Positions 62,983-64,000 of a stretch of DNA of 64,000 bases are shown here, in pieces (position 1 is the stretch's first letter; every line of letters begins with the position of its first letter). The position numbers were made by a program, and so were the translations under genes. Source of the DNA: Squalus acanthias (lineage: Eukaryota); assembly GCA_030390025.1 (NCBI GenBank), contig CM059429.1:18104001-18168000 (forward strand), written 5' to 3'. The notes below the pieces were generated by a model. That model was not told the origin of the DNA, did not search any database, and was given only the letters and a program-made list of their open reading frames with translations.

Positions 62983-63797
62983 CCATATCTGTCTCAGGAA
63001 TAAGACTTTGATACTTCCCTGGCCTGCGTGCTTCAGTACCATTGCAGGCAGTGCATTTACCCAGTGAGGAATCCTTTCCTTTTTAATCAGAGACATGTGA
63101 TAGTTTAGCTGTTGCTGTCTGAAACATATATCTTTGTTGTTTCTAGAGCCTTGCTACCATATCCAGAGCCTAGATTTTTTTCCCCAAACCATTGTTAGTT
63201 TGGAGTCTATTGCAAGATTAATATGTCTAAAACAAGTCAATACAAGCTCAAGAAGTTTGAATAATATGCATTAATATACTATGTAAAATACATTGAGCAG
63301 TTTAAACCTTGTGTTTATTCCTGATTTTTTGTTCTCACTGTGCCATGCAGTGTTCTCCAGTCAAAAGAGGAGAACCATTTCTCAGTGCCCACAGATGGGA
63401 TTGCAATTGTTGCTCGCTCCCCGACAAATAAGCTTAGATATTACAGTTAGCAATATTAGCTGATAAATGCTCAATGCGTTTGAGATTCCTCTGTTTGCTA
63501 TTTTAGCACAGGCTTTAAACCATTTATTTTAAAAGGGTTAGTACTTCCACTAATGTAGTGGACCAAATAATGTCCTATGAATGCATTAAGCATTTGTCCA
63601 CTAATATTGCCAACAATCATCTTTTAGGTTTTGTTCTTTGGTATACTATATACAGGACATGTTAACAATGTTAAATTTTGTGTTTTGTTCCCTTTTTTTT
63701 GCATTTCCCTGTTCCATGTACCATTCTAGATGAGTCTTCTTCCAGGCTGGTGCATTCACACTACAACTGTGGTTTCCAAGGGAAATGGTTTAACTTT

Positions 63798-64000
63798 AGG
63801 AACATAAGAAATAGGAGCAGGAGTAGGCCATACGGTCTCTTGAGCCAGCTCTGCCATTCAATAAGATCATGGCTGATCTTCAACCTCAACTCCACTTTCC
63901 TGCACTATGCCCATATCCCCTTGATTCCTTTAGTGTCCAAAAATCTATCGATCTCAGTCTTGAATATACTCAACGACTGAACCACACAGCCCTCTTGGTA
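63798..64000 (-). mobile_element. CR1 LINE 3' end (continues beyond the window)
   Basis: Near-identical to 59345-59550 (aacataagaaataggagcagga...gccattcaataagatcatggctgatctt). Confidence 0.92.

Overview
This is vertebrate genomic DNA. The repeat families (CR1-type LINEs, a Deu-domain SINE, a Penelope-like element, Harbinger-like MITEs) point to a cartilaginous fish, probably a shark. The only host protein-coding gene is zic4 on the + strand (coding exons 6170-7331 and 10479-10915, 532 aa, five C2H2 fingers). Positions 1 to about 46.7 kb form an AT-rich but CpG-retaining domain that is almost free of transposons and holds several enhancer-like blocks. After about 47 kb CpG is scarce and TE fragments are dense. 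The most interesting signal is a set of latent splice sites inside zic4. An in-frame 108-nt exitron would remove the ZOC-like motif. A donor inside the EWYV codons could join a downstream exon at 13593 and create a TGA stop at the junction. Together these could switch a long fish-type Zic4 into a short mammal-like form. Other items are a Penelope-associated hammerhead ribozyme remnant, a LINE fragment with a 37-bp target-site duplication, nested insertions and a 31-bp minisatellite that is not CRISPR. No searches or alignments were run. Family assignments come from recognising motifs and need checking.
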